Counted from the stretch's first letter, positions 1 to 11,538 are shown. The stretch is 43,674 nucleotides of DNA from Chiloscyllium plagiosum (GCF_004010195.1 NC_057749.1:26627919-26671592), one strand, 5' to 3'. Numbers and translations are program-made. Notes: a model not told the origin generated them from the sequence alone.

Positions 1-232
1 GGGGGGGTAGGTATAGGAGAGATGTTAGGGGTAGGTTCTTTACTCAGCGTGTCGTGAGTTCATGGAATGCCCTGCAGTAGCAGTGGTGGACTCTCCCTCA
101 TTATGGGCATTTAAGCGGGCATTGGATAGGCATATGGAGGATAGTGGGCTAGTGTAGGTTAGGTGGGCTTGGATCGGCGCAACATCGAGGGCCGAAGGGC
201 CTGTACTGCGCTGTATTCTTCTATGTTCTATG
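1..232 (+). mobile_element. CR1-type LINE 3' end
   Basis: End of ORF2 (FFTQRVVSSWNAL-like) plus 3' UTR gagggccgaagggcctgtactgcgctgta and tail ctatgttctatg. Similar to 27500-27724. Confidence 0.8.
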
Positions 233-493
233 TAGACCCGGGTTCAATTCCCGCCTCAGGCGACTGTCTGTGTGGAGTTTGCACATTCTCCCTGTGTCTG
301 CGTGGGTTTCCTCCGGGTGCTCCGGTTTCCTCCCACAGTCCAAAAATGTGCAGGTCAGGTAAATTGGCCATGCTAAATTGCCCATAGTGTAAGGTAAAGG
401 GGTAAATGTAGGGGAATGGGTCTGGGTGGGCTGTGCTTCAGTGGACTTGTTGGGCCGAAGGGCATGTTTCCACGCTGTAAGTAATCTAATCTA
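233..493 (+). mobile_element. V-SINE (HE1-type), 5'-truncated
   Basis: B-box ggttcaattcc, V-domain gtgtggagtttgcacattctcc...gggtttcctccgggtgctccggtttcctccca, tail taatctaatcta. Near-identical to 28667-28983. Confidence 0.85.
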
Positions 494-496
494 AAA

Positions 497-782
497 AGTC
501 TACACGACCTTCCAAAGAGTAACCCATCCCAGACTCATTCCCCTACCCTTTATTTACCCCTCACCAATGCACCTACCCTACATATCTATGGACAATTTAG
601 CATGGACAATTCACCTGACCTGCATATCTTTGGATTGTGGGAACAAACAAGAGAACCCGGAGGAAACTCATGCAGACACGGGGAGAACATGCAAACTCCA
701 CATAGTAGTCCAAGACTGGAATCAGACCTGGGTCCCTGGTGCTGTGAAGCAGCAGTGCTAACCACTGAGCCACTGTGCTGCC
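497..782 (-). mobile_element. V-SINE (HE1-type), older copy, tail-to-tail with the preceding one
   Basis: Reverse complement starts ggcagcacagtggctcagtggttagcactgctgc (tRNA-like A-box) and contains the V-domain. Confidence 0.8.
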
Positions 783-784
783 TT

Positions 785-1135
785 AACCTATTATTTCTGT
801 CTTAAATACACCTAATGACTTGGCTTCCACAGCTGTCTGCAGCTGTCTGCAGCAATGAGTTCCACAGATTCACAACTGTCTGGCTTAAGAAATCCCTCCT
901 TGCCTTAGTTCTAAAGGATCAACCCTTCATTCAGAGGCTGTGCCCTCAGGTCCTAGTCTCTCCTACTAGTGGAAACAGCTTCTCTGCACCCATTGCAGGC
1001 TTCTCAGTATTCTGTAAGTTTTAATGGGATTCCCCCTCATCCATCTAGTGCAGACCCAGAGTCATCAATCATTCCTCATGTTACAGGCTGTTCATCCTCA
1101 GGATCATTCTTGTAAACCTCCTCTGGACTCCCCAC
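785..1135 (-). mobile_element. Degraded CR1 LINE 3' fragment
   Basis: gcaatgagttccacagattcac...ttctaaagg, similar to 8040-8350 and to the reverse complement of 33900-34070. Confidence 0.7.
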
Positions 1136-2109
1136 GTCAAGACAAGCAAACCCTTCCTTGGATTTGGGACCAAACTCTCATGGTTATGCTCAGGGTCATG
1201 TGGAAAATGAAACATTTGTGATTAGCAGAGGGTTGGATCTTTTGAGGCTGGGAAGACATATGTTGTGGGGAGGACTGTTCCAATCACTGTTTCCAGCCAA
1301 GAGTAAGTCATTAGGTTTCACTTTATTCTGGAATTGGAATATCCTCTGTAAAATGGTAAAGCAATGGTCCAAAAATCATTCATATTAGTTCAGTTTAAAT
1401 AAAGAAACAAACAAAATCTTAAATTATGAACTTAACCTGTTCTGTCACAGGATTAAATGTGCTGAGTATTTTTAAAGCAAGGGATAGAGAAATATTTCTA
1501 ATGGCAGTGGAGACTGTTGATGAACAGAATGTGCTACCTCACTCTGTGATGTTGCTAATTAAGGGTCACACTTAGATAAGGAACAGGATTTGTTGCAAAA
1601 TTATTGTCTGGCTAAATATTCCTCAGTAAAATATGTTGCCAAAGTATTTCACGCTGTTCTACTCTATCACAGTCTTAAACATTGCCCTTTTTAACAACAG
1701 AGACCAAACCTCAAATACTCAGAGACAAGTGGATTTTGAAATTGCATTGAGATGTAAAGGTTAAACATGATAATTTAGAAAGATCCCGAGCTGTTCTGGG
1801 AAAGCAGGACAGCAATTTCCAGGAGATCACTCTCCTCAAGGTTTCATTTCTACCTAATCCTTACTTCCTTCCTCTTGAGTTTCTGAGTGTGCTTCTGATT
1901 GACACTGAACAGAAGTAGAATAAAAATACAGAACATTTAGAATTTAATATTTGATTTTACAAAAGTGAACATAAACGAAAAAAACAAACAGCAGGAATCT
2001 GAAATTCCTGTAGGGGCTCTGCTAATGTTTAAAGATGTAATAATCACAGGTAAAAATAATGCTTGGTCTGCGGAGTTGGTATAGAATTGAAGAGCCTTTA
2101 GTTAACAAC

Positions 2110-3271
2110 TGTAAATGACGCGGTGGTGAGCCCTTCTCCTAATTAAACCAAACTCACAGAAATGTTCACCTCATCTCATAATCTGTTAAGGTATGAGTGA
2201 CAGAGAACTACCCAAATTCTACTATTTAAAGAAAAAAAACAATTTTATTCTTTAAGTCCAAAAGTGAACATTAAGCAACAACTATTTACAACTCTAAGCC
2301 TCCTTTGTCTTAAGATTTGTTATTTACCTCCCACTCCATAAAAATAGATTGATCCAATAAAGCCCCTAGTAAATTTACAGCAAATCAATTTTCAAAAGTA
2401 GACAGCGACTGTCGCGTCCGGTGTCGATTCTCCTCTGTTTGTAGATCTCCCGTATTCTGTATTCTGCTTCAGTATTCTGCTGCAAAGATGTTTCATATGA
2501 AAAAGATACCTTTTAGAGAAAGGGTGTTTGGACAGTCTGTCTGATAATGGCAGGTGGTGCTCTTTCTGCTAACTGTCCAAAATGTTGCTTTTTATACACC
2601 AAAACATCAGATTGTCTCATTTGTTTGATCTTCTCAAAACAGTAAAATTCAAATTCGATTGTATTTTAGGATTGGATGCAAGTTTGCTCGCTGAGCTGGA
2701 AGGTTCATTTTCAGAGGTTTCGTCCCCATACTAGGTAATATCTTCAGTGAGCCTCTGGAAGCATGGCATTCCAACCAGAACTCTATCAATAAACACAGTG
2801 ACTTGGAGCCAATTTACCATCCCCTGATAAAAATAACAGGAAATGACATCATCATAGGAAATGACATCACCAATCCAAACATATAATTAGAAAACAGGGG
2901 TCATCAGCAGTGCTTCGTCCGGAGGCTCACTGAAGATCATACCTTGTAGGATGACGGAAAGTCTGAAAATGAACCTTGTAGCTCAGCGAGCAAACCTATA
3001 TCCAACACCACAACCTGAGCTAGAAATCTTCTTAAAACTCACTAATACCTCTGGGCTTTAGTATCTTGGGGCATATATTAAACAGATTGGTTAAATTCAA
3101 ACTGCTGTGAAAACAACTCGTATCTAGGTTACAACAATATATTACATCTTTCATTTTTCCAGCAAACTCTGACTGCAAGTCAGTCACATGACAGTTACCT
3201 GCAAACTCTCACTCACAAAACAGCCTTCAGTTTCTCGTAAAGGTACGATATATGCCTTCAGCTTCATAACT
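2110..3271 (-). mobile_element. Probable solo LTR, interrupted by a Penelope-derived insert
   Basis: Minus strand reads (a)gttatgaag...gtcatttaca. TATA-like tataaaaag (~2590) lies upstream of AATAAA (~2245). Flanks caac/caat fit a decayed 4-bp TSD. Confidence 0.45.
2670..3045. mobile_element. Penelope-derived inverted terminal-repeat insert (family C) with hammerhead-like cores
   Basis: Arms ~2672-2763 and ~2911-3005 are inverted. Core reads tca-CTGAAGA...GAAAC(c)TC-tga, followed by an asymmetric ~40-nt tail. Confidence 0.7.
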
Positions 3272-4774
3272 CAATTTAAACATTAAACTCTGATCAAGAC
3301 TAAGTCCAGGGAGCAAATATGTAAAGCCAGTGATCGGGAAACAGAAACAACTATTGCCAAATGCAGATTTTGGAAATTAATTATGAGAACTTCTGTTAGA
3401 TTTCATTTTGTATCCAACCGAGTAGATTATTATGTTGAGGTAAACATATACAATGACCTTGACACTTGGAGTTACTCAGTTACTCAGAGTCTCAAGTTAT
3501 TTCTGCTTAAACAGATTAATAATCTTAATATTCCATTGGGATAATGTGCATGCATCCATGATGTATACACAGGCACTTAGTATACACAGACTACAACAGT
3601 ATACATACAAACCAGGGCCTATATGCATACATTAATACCTCCTTCATACCTATCCTGCCTCATTTCTGTGCAGGTTGCTATTTTCCCAGGTATTGGTGAG
3701 CAACTGGATGCTGTCAATTCCCAACCTGAAAGTCCAAATAAGTGTCTGGCAGCTGAAGCTTACTATGGGCTCCTTCAGACTGGACTCCAATCCTCAGTAT
3801 TTCCGGGCACATTCCATGGGCATTGATCACCCACACACCACTTTTGAGGGAAGTCAGCATCAGAGACACACAGATTGCAGATAGACGCATACTTTAGCTC
3901 GCTGGCCAACACCCTAACATCTCGCAGCAGTTTAGATGAAAAAGAAAGTCCTCCTACAATCATGCAACATTTTCCACACCTTGTTTCATTCTTCCCAAGA
4001 TTTCCTGTTTCAGTGGGAATTTAGGGAGCCCTTTCTCTCTATAGGCTCACAATGATCTGGAATAAGACCCTGCCCAAATCCACTTCAGGAAGGGCTCTAG
4101 CAGAGGTGACAGGCAATATTCAATCAAATATGATACTATATCAGATTACAAGCACAAGACCCTGGTCTTTGACCCAACCCCCATGCTGTCTGTCCTCAAT
4201 ATTATTTCCATCCTATCTCTTCCATGAAAAGGTAATGGCCTTAAGTTTCAGTTATGGCTGGACCTTCAATAAGCATGTGTCTTGTTCTGGTCATCAATAA
4301 GTCAGGGAGACATTCGGGCCCTCATCAAAGAGAAATTTCTGATTCTAAATGTAATTGAAAAAGGAAAAAGGAAAAACCAAAGAGAGACTTGACTTTTTCA
4401 ACCTTAAAGGTCATTCAATGAAATTAAATAAATTGCAAGACAAAGCAACAAACCAACAAAAGAAACAGATAAGAATGATGTGTAAATGCTCCCTTTAACT
4501 TTCAGAATGATCAATAATGGAACAAACCGTGGAGACTGGGTAGACCTGGATTCATTTCATAACTGATTAATTGCTACAATGGGAATGCATGATTTTTCTG
4601 GATGTATGAATAAAGCTGGGTCAACTAGCGTTTGCTGCAATTGTCCTCTGCTTCTTTATCTGGAATAATCTCAGATCTTGGACGCAGGGTATACTATGAC
4701 ACTGAGTTTAATTAGATCCTCAGACACAAAAGAAATGAGAGAAACAGGAGAAAGGTATAACTTTGATGCTTCAG

Positions 4775-4780
4775 TTTATT
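4775..4780 (-). promoter_or_regulatory. Candidate polyadenylation signal AATAAA of the galanin-family gene
   Basis: tttatt on the plus strand, about 130 nt downstream of the stop codon. Confidence 0.5.
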
Positions 4781-4907
4781 TTTGGGACATTTCACAAACA
4801 AAGCTCAAACCTTTAAATCCGTGCAAATAATCACAATAGGGTGGGGTCAGTTTCTTTTCCAACAAAAACTTTTGTAGTTTTACATGCGAGGATTCAAAAT
4901 CCAAAGC

Positions 4908-4969
4908 TTATGCTTGTTGCATTTGTTCTGCTGAGAGTGGTACATTGGAGTGATCCAGTAAACCAGATT
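4908..4969 (-). CDS. GAL: Galanin-family terminal coding exon (E)SGLLDHSNVPLSAEQMQQA*
   Basis: Acceptor tatttttggcag|AA, phase 1, ends TAA at 4908-4910. Resembles the GMAP C-terminus EAGALD...SSEDIERS. Total CDS is 372 nt (123 aa plus stop). Confidence 0.9.
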
Positions 4970-5109
4970 CTGCCAAAAATAGTAACATATAACATCAAAA
5001 TATTGAACTGTCCATGAAATCAATGTACTGAGGCATTAAACCACTTTACTTGCTGCTTCAATTGTACATACAGAGTTTTAACGTCCAGACTTGTCTCCTC
5101 AATTAGTTT

Positions 5110-5305
5110 CGAAAGTCTGATGCTGGAAAAGCACAGCAGATCAGGCAGCATCTGAGGAGCAGGAGAATCGGTGTTTTGGGCAAGAGTCCTTCATCAGGAA
5201 TGAACCTTCTGATGCTTCTTCTGCTCCTCAGATGCTGCCTGACCTGCTGTGTTTTTCCAGCATCTCACTCTCGACTCTGATCTCCAGCATCTGCAGTCCT
5301 CACTT
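5110..5305. mobile_element. Penelope-derived inverted-repeat mini-insert (family B) in the last galanin intron
   Basis: gatgctggaaaagcacagcag...ctgctgtgtttttccagcatc inverted arms with tail ctccagcatctgcagtcctcactt. Flanked by a direct repeat tctcctcaattagttt (5094-5109, 5306-5321). Confidence 0.8.
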
Positions 5306-5983
5306 TCTCCTCAATTAGTTTGTCCTAATTTACCACATCAACTCTTATCCTCTTTACAATCTTAGCAGCATCTCTCACAGTGATTACTGGTCCCAAATAG
5401 TGACCACTGGACCTATATAGTTGAAACCTAGTTAAATTGCTAACTCTCTTTGATCATCCCCCACTACAAAGATGAATTTACCCAATAAAAAATATCGAAC
5501 TGTGGATTCTGTAAATCAGAAATAAAAAGAGAAATTGCTGGGAAAGCTCAGCAGGTCTGGCAGCATCTGTGAAGAGCAAACAGAGTTAACGTTTTGGGTC
5601 CTGTGACCCTTCCTCAGAACTGATGGTAGCAAGGGAAGTGTGGGCTTTTATGCAGAAGAGAGGAAAGATAAAGGGGTAAGGAGTAAACAATAGGTGGGGA
5701 TAGAGTCCAAAGAGAAACACAGTTGGCGGACAAAAGAGTGGATAATGACCTGAATAAGCTATTAATGGAGACTGTAGTGGCTAACAATAGGTTGTGTGTA
5801 ATAGCAGACTTTGCCTGATGTGTGGGGATGGGGGCTAGAACACAAGGGAGTTCAACCCTGAAAGTTATTGAAATTGATATTAAGTCCAGAAGACTGCAGG
5901 GTCTCCAAGTGGAAAATGAGGTGTTGTTCTTCTCGCATAAGCTAAGTTTCACTGGAACACTGTAGTACGCCTGAGACAGAGAA

Positions 5984-6560
5984 AAAGTTAAAAATCACAC
6001 AACACCAGGTTATAGTCCAACAGGTTTAATTGGAAACACACTAGCTTTCGGAGCGACGCTCCTTCATCAGGTGATAGTGGAGGGCTCGATCGTAACACAG
6101 AATTTATAGCAAACACTTGCAGTGTGATGTAACTGAAATTATACATTGAAAAATTGATTGTCTGTTAATCAATTGTCTGTTAAGCCTTTCATCTGTTAGA
6201 ATACAGTGATAGTTTCACTTCTTTCATGTGTAAATCACAAAACCCTTTTTTTTAAAAAGTTGCATTCTCGGGTTAGCTGTTAACAATGGGTTAAAAAAGG
6301 GTTTTGTGATTTACACATGAAAGGCTTAACAGACAATTGATTAACAGACAATCAATTTTTCAATGTATAATTTCAGTTACATCACACTGCAAATTGTTGC
6401 TATAAATTCTGTGTTATGATCGAGCCCTCCACAATCACCTGATGAAGGAGCGTCACTCTGAAAACTAGTGTGCTTCCAATTAAACCTGTTAGACTATAAC
6501 CTGGTGTTGTGTGATTTTTAACTTTGTACACCCCAGTTCAACACCGGCATCTCCAAATCA
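5984..6560. mobile_element. Penelope-derived fold-back insert (family A), ~250-270 bp inverted arms plus ~40-nt tail
   Basis: aaagttaaaaatcacacaacaccagg... versus ...cctggtgttgtgtgatttttaacttt. 12-bp TSD tgagacagagaa (5972-5983, 6561-6572). Confidence 0.85.
6039..6073 (-). ncRNA. Minimal type I hammerhead ribozyme motif (family A)
   Basis: cac-CTGATGA-a-GGAGC-gtc-GCTCC-GAA-AGCT-A-gtg: intact core, 5-bp helix II, palindromic helix III, cac/gtg helix I. Confidence 0.75.
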
Positions 6561-7091
6561 TGAGACAGAGAAGTTGGCAAGGGTACAGGATGGGGTGTTG
6601 AAGTGGCAGGCAACTGGAAGCTCCAAACACTAACACAGGTTACAGCCCCTCCAACATTTGGCAGCCTGAGCCCATTATCTCTTTTGCAAATCCCAGTCTT
6701 TCACATGTTATTGCCTACAGAGTTTCCGTTACCTCCACCTGCCGCTGGCTTTAGTCCCACATTTCCTGATAATTCCAGTAGCTGCTGTTGGAAATTGACT
6801 TCCCTGTTTCCCAACACAAAGGCCACCACAATGGGATGTGAGACCTAACAGAAAAAACAACGCATCTAGAATCTGTTCTCACGTAAGTATGAAAGGATAG
6901 GTTCCACGTCAGGTTCTATGATAGGGGTCGACAGCAGGAATACACCCAGGTCCAGGAACATGTAACAGACACCAATGTAAACTCCTGGTCTGATTGGTCC
7001 AGCATGTAATCACCATGACACTGAAATACGACTGGGCACTGGCTCACGCGCCTGAGCGGCTTTTTGTTCGAAGATTTCTTTTATACCTTAC

Positions 7092-7166
7092 CTCTCTGAT
7101 GCACATAACTCAGGAATTCTATCAGGGTCTGAAGTATATTTTCATCAACTGAATGTAGTGGATTAC
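7092..7166 (-). CDS. GAL: Galanin-family exon, GMAP core (S)NPLHSVDENILQTLIEFLSYVHQR
   Basis: 75 nt, phase 1-1, ttttttcactttaag|GT...AGAG|gtaagg. Resembles human GMAP ENNIMRTIIEFLSFLHLKE. Confidence 0.95.
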
Positions 7167-7317
7167 CTTAAAGTGAAAAAATAATGTCAGGTATTACAAC
7201 ATAATAAGATCTCATTGATTCTGTTATTCCAGTTAACAAAGCAACTCCCAACATGCTGCAGAATTATCACCCCATTAATACAGAGCTCAGTATAATTTAC
7301 ATCTGCCAGCCTCCTCT

Positions 7318-7870
7318 CCTGTCACTGTCACTCCCCCTGAAATACCCTACCCATCACCGTCACTCCCCCGAAATACCCTACCCATCACTGTCACTCCCCC
7401 TGAAATACCCTACCCATCACCGTCACTCCCCCGAAATACCCTACCCATCACTGTCACTCCCCCTGAAATACCCTACCCATCACCGTCACTCCCCCGAAAT
7501 ACCCTACCCATCACTGTCACTCCCCCTGAAATACCCTACCCATCACCGTCACTCCCCCGAAATACCCTACCCATCACTGTCACTCCCCCTGAAATACCCT
7601 ACCCATCACCGTCACTCCCCCGAAATACCCTACCCATCACTGTCACTCCCCCTGAAATACCCTACCCATCACCGTCACTCCCCCGAAATACCCTACCCAT
7701 CACCGTCACTCCCCCTGAAATATCCTACCCGTCACCGTCATTCCCCCTGAAATACCCTACCCGTCACTGTCATTCCCCCTGACCATCACTCCCCCTGAAA
7801 TACCTTGCCCATCACTGTCACTCCCCCTGAAATACCCTACCCTTCACTATAACTCTCCATGAAATACCTA
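7318..7870. repeat. Minisatellite with alternating 32/31-bp units (63-bp higher-order repeat)
   Basis: ctgtcactccccctgaaataccctacccatca alternating with ccgtcactcccccgaaataccctacccatca. Confidence 0.95.
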
Positions 7871-7871
7871 T

Positions 7872-9625
7872 ATCATATAAGGTATAGGAGCAGAATTGGA
7901 TCATTCAACCCATCAAGTCTGCTCTACCTTTTGATCATGGCTGATGTATTTCTCAACCCTATTCACTCGCTTTCTCTCCATGCACCCTGTACTTATCAGG
8001 AGTCTATCTCGCTCTGTCTTAATATATTCAATGACTTGGCCACCACAGTCCTCTTTGGCAATGAGTTCCACAGATTAATCATCCTCTGGCTGAAGGAGTT
8101 CCACCTCATCTTAGACTAAAGGGTCATCCCTTCACCCTAAGGTTGTGCTTTTGTGTCATAGTCTCTTTTCTTGGTGGAACCATCTTGTCCATGTCCACTC
8201 TAACCAGACCTCTCAGTATTTTGTAAGTTTCAAAGAGATTTCCATACCCCCACCACCCCATCCTTCTAATCTCCAGACCTTCAACCGCTCCTTATATAAC
8301 AAAGACTTCATCTCTGGGAAGATTCTTGTAAACTTCCTCTGGGCCTTCTTCAAGGCTAGCACAACCTTCCATAGCTACAATATTCCAATTGTGATCTGAT
8401 CCTGCAGCAATATGTCATTGCTGTTGTATTTTAGCCCTCTTAAAATTAATGTGGACATTTCATTTGCCTTCCCAATTGCCTAGTGAACCTGCATGTTAAC
8501 TTCAAGAGAATTCCAAACTCTCAAGTGCCTTTGTGCTACAGATTTCTGTAGTAACTATTTTCCATTTAGAAACTAGTCTATACCTTTATTCTGGGCTGAA
8601 AATGTGTTGCTGGAAAAGCGCAGCAGGTCAGGCAGCATCCAAGGAACAGGAGAATCGACGTTTCGGGCATAAGCCCTTCTTCAGGAATCTTTATTCTTCC
8701 TACCAAAGTGCATAACCTCATGATTCCTCACATTGTATTCTATCTGCAACTTATTTTCCCCTTCTCCTAGCCTTTCTTACGCTTCCCAGCTTCCACAACA
8801 CCACCAGTCCCTCCACCTACCTTTGAGTCATCTTCAATTTAGCAACAAAACCTCAGTTCCTTTGTCCAGATCATTAATGTATAACATGAATAGCTGTGGT
8901 CCTAACATTGATCCCTGTGGAACTTCACACATCACTGGCTGCCATCTGAAAAAGAGCCTTCCATCCTCACTCTCTGCCTTCTGCCAATCCTCTATCCATG
9001 CTAGTACCTTGTATCTAACATCATGGGCTCATTTCTTACTTAGCAGCCTCCTGTGCAGCATCTTGTCAAAGGCCTTCTGGAAATCCAAATAAATCACATT
9101 CACTGGCTCTCCTTCATCTAATTTGCTTGTTACTTCCTCAAAGAATACTAACAGATTTGTCAGGCATGATGTCCCCTTGATGAAGCCGTGCTGATTCAGC
9201 ACTTGCAAATACTCTACAATCCTAGCCTTAATAATGGACTCTGAAATCTTACTAACAACTGAGGTCAGGCTAATCAGCCTATAATTTCCTGTCTTCTGCC
9301 TCCCTCTTCTTAAACAAAAATGTTACATTGGCCATTCTCAAGTGCTCTGGGTCCTTCCTGGACTCCAATGATTCCTGAAAAATCACCACCAATGCCTCTA
9401 TAATCCCCTCAGTAATCACCTTCAAAACTCTGGGGTGTAGTTTGTTTGGTCTGGGTGATTTATCCACCATCAGACCTTTTAGCTTCTCCAGCATCTTGTC
9501 CTGAGTGATGGCCACTACATTCACCTCTTCCTTCTGACTCTCTTGAAATTCTGACATCCTTTTGCTGACATTTACTGGTGCAAATTACCTCTTCAGTTCT
9601 TCTGCCTTTTGTTCTCCATTACTAC
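7872..9625 (-). mobile_element. Degraded CR1 LINE ORF2/3' end in a galanin intron
   Basis: Minus-strand ORF 9279-9557 (VDKSPRPNKLHPRVLK...MANVTFLFKK). The reverse complement of 8850-9100 gives LDFQKAFDK and [11 protein letters not shown] motifs. Confidence 0.85.
8593..8688 (-). mobile_element. 96-bp solo Penelope terminus (family B) with an intact hammerhead core
   Basis: Minus strand: ttc-CTGAAGA-a-GGGC-ttat-GCCC-GAA-ACGT-C-gattc. 9-bp TSD ctttattct (8584-8592, 8689-8697). Confidence 0.8.
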
Positions 9626-10056
9626 AACTTTACCCCTCACTGCAACTCTCTCTGAAATACCCTACCTCTGACTGTAGCTCCCTCTGAAATATTACCCTCT
9701 GAAATAATGCCCAGACTCTTGGTTTTTGATTTGTTTAACACTTTAAAGTTTTCTCAGTTTATTAAAGTTATTTCAATGTTGAAGCTTGTTGAAGTGTAAA
9801 TCTTGTAACTTCTAGGATTTAAAAAAAAATTGCATGTTATAGGCTGAGCCCACAACTGAGCAGAGTCTCTCAGTTCCTCTGAACCACAATGAAGGCCTCC
9901 CTCTGCCCTTCAATCCCTCTGACTCACCTGCAGGCTTCCCTCAGTCCCTCATGTTTCCTGTCTACACCCACATTGAGAAGAGGGATGGCAGTTCAGGTCT
10001 GTGCTGGTTCACACCACGACAAGGACACAATAAAAATATCAATAAACTGTTCTTAC

Positions 10057-10155
10057 TGGAACTTGTGACAGCTGATTTGTAATTGTCATCGAAGGTATCT
10101 CTCTTTCCAGCGAGACCCCCTTTGTCATTCAGTGATCTGTGACCATTCGCTGCAT
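10057..10155 (-). CDS. GAL: Galanin-family exon encoding (H)AANGHRSLNDKGGLA-GKR-DTFDDNYKSAVTSS
   Basis: 99 nt, phase 1-1, ctttactttaag|AT...TCCA|gtaaga. Completes a 29-aa peptide followed by the GKR amidation/cleavage signal. Confidence 0.96.
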
Positions 10156-10394
10156 CTTAAAGTAAAGATACTGTACTGAGTTCATTCACTGAAAATAAAA
10201 CACCAAAAACCAACAAGACTTCTACTAACAGATCTAACACATCCCCGTGCTCAATATTTTCAAAATCAACCTGTTCAGAGATATTATGACATACTATTGG
10301 AACAGGTGGGACTTCACCCTAGGCCTCCTTCCCCAGAGGTTGGGATACTACCACTATACCTCTTCTGCGTACCCTGGAGATAGTGAATTGAAGA

Positions 10395-10615
10395 AGGTAT
10401 GAATGAGGAAATGATAAATGAGTGAGGAAGAAAGAGAGAGTGTGAGAGGGTGAGTGATGAAAGGAGAGGGTAATTGACAGAGGCAGGAAGTGGAGGAGGG
10501 AGAGTGGAGGGAAGTGTGAATGAGGGAGGAGAGGATGAGGAGAGGGTGAGTGTGAGGGAGGGAAAGTGTAAGGGAGAGAGAGAGTTTGAGTCAGGGAGGA
10601 GAGAGAGGGAGGGGT
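10395..10615. repeat. GA-rich polypurine low-complexity tract
   Basis: gagggagagagagag/gagtgagg degenerate repeats. Confidence 0.8.
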
Positions 10616-11483
10616 CTCCTTCTGATAAATTTGACTGTCACCCATTTGCATATTTAACGACCCTACAGCTACCTTGTAGCCTATGATTTTAAGCAGCATC
10701 AAATTGAGGCGCCAGCAATTCCCCAGCCACCCACTTCACAAATTCCTGAGTAAAACATTAAAATGGGCCAAAACTAAATTTATTTCAAATTAAATGGGGA
10801 TATTTTAAAAACTTAAAACTTTCCAATTCTGAAGTAAAATAAAATTACATTCTAAGCAATAGCTCGAATTGAATACTAACCATTCATTCATGCAAAGTAA
10901 ATTCCAAACTTCCTACACATTCAAATACACAATGCCAGGATCTCAATGGCATGGGTTTGGAATGTTAGCTCTGTTTCTCACTCTACAGGGACTGCTTGTC
11001 CATTCAGTGATTCCAGAATTTTCTGCCTATATTTCAGATTTAGAGCATCTTTAACATTTTGCACTTTGCAGTAGCTCTTTGAGTTACATCAGGTACCTCT
11101 TCAGGACCTAAGCAGATAAACTCAATTAATGACTTGGTCTTCTATATGATAATCCAGACTCTCTCTCAATGCACCATTTATAAAACAGAAATTCTCCTAC
11201 TGTCCTCAATCTGAAAAACACAATGACCATTAGCAGATTATCTAGACAGTTCCTCTCTCCCTCTTAGTGGATCTGCTACACTTCAACATAATTGATTGAC
11301 TGTGAAATACTTTCACATGTTAGATGGAGAATGCAAGGTACAAATAAATTCAATTTCCTTTTGTGAAATTTCTCTTGACTAAAGGACCCACATCATCAAA
11401 CATCAAATTAGAGGTTTTCCTACAGTCAGCCACATTTAGGGGATGATCAGGATGGGGTCTGAGGTGATGACACCTTTACTTAC

Positions 11484-11538
11484 GTGGACCTAACAGGTAT
11501 CCAGCACTGTTCAATGTCCAACCTCTCTTGTCTTTAGG
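11484..11538 (-). CDS. GAL: Galanin-family exon encoding PKDKR-GWTLNSAGYLLGP(H)
   Basis: 55 nt, tgtctttttcag|CCTAAAGAC...GGTCCAC|gtaagt. Encodes the invariant galanin 1-13 motif preceded by a KR convertase site. Confidence 0.98.

Larger units (their letters stand above)
5495..6635 (-). mobile_element. Old Penelope-like element 3' region, split by the insert at 5984-6560
   Basis: Terminus gaaattgctgggaaagctcagcaggtctggcagcatctgtg is the reverse complement of the terminus at 40100-40150, and body similarity to 39560-39720 continues across the insert. Confidence 0.65.

Noticed and set aside
1196..1345. Minus-strand acceptor followed by a 49-codon frame (RIFQFQNK...), or EDIPIPE* in phase 1
   Set aside because: No recognisable homology. 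The 4908-4969 exon fits GMAP much better as the last exon.
7253..7750. 165-aa repetitive ORF
   Set aside because: Translation of the 63-bp minisatellite, antisense to the galanin intron.
7318..7870. CRISPR-like array
   Set aside because: Contiguous tandem units without unique spacers, in a vertebrate context.
10057..11538. Alarin-like product from skipping the 55-nt exon
   Set aside because: Would give only MQRMVTDH* after the signal exon, with no similarity to alarin and no evidence of use.
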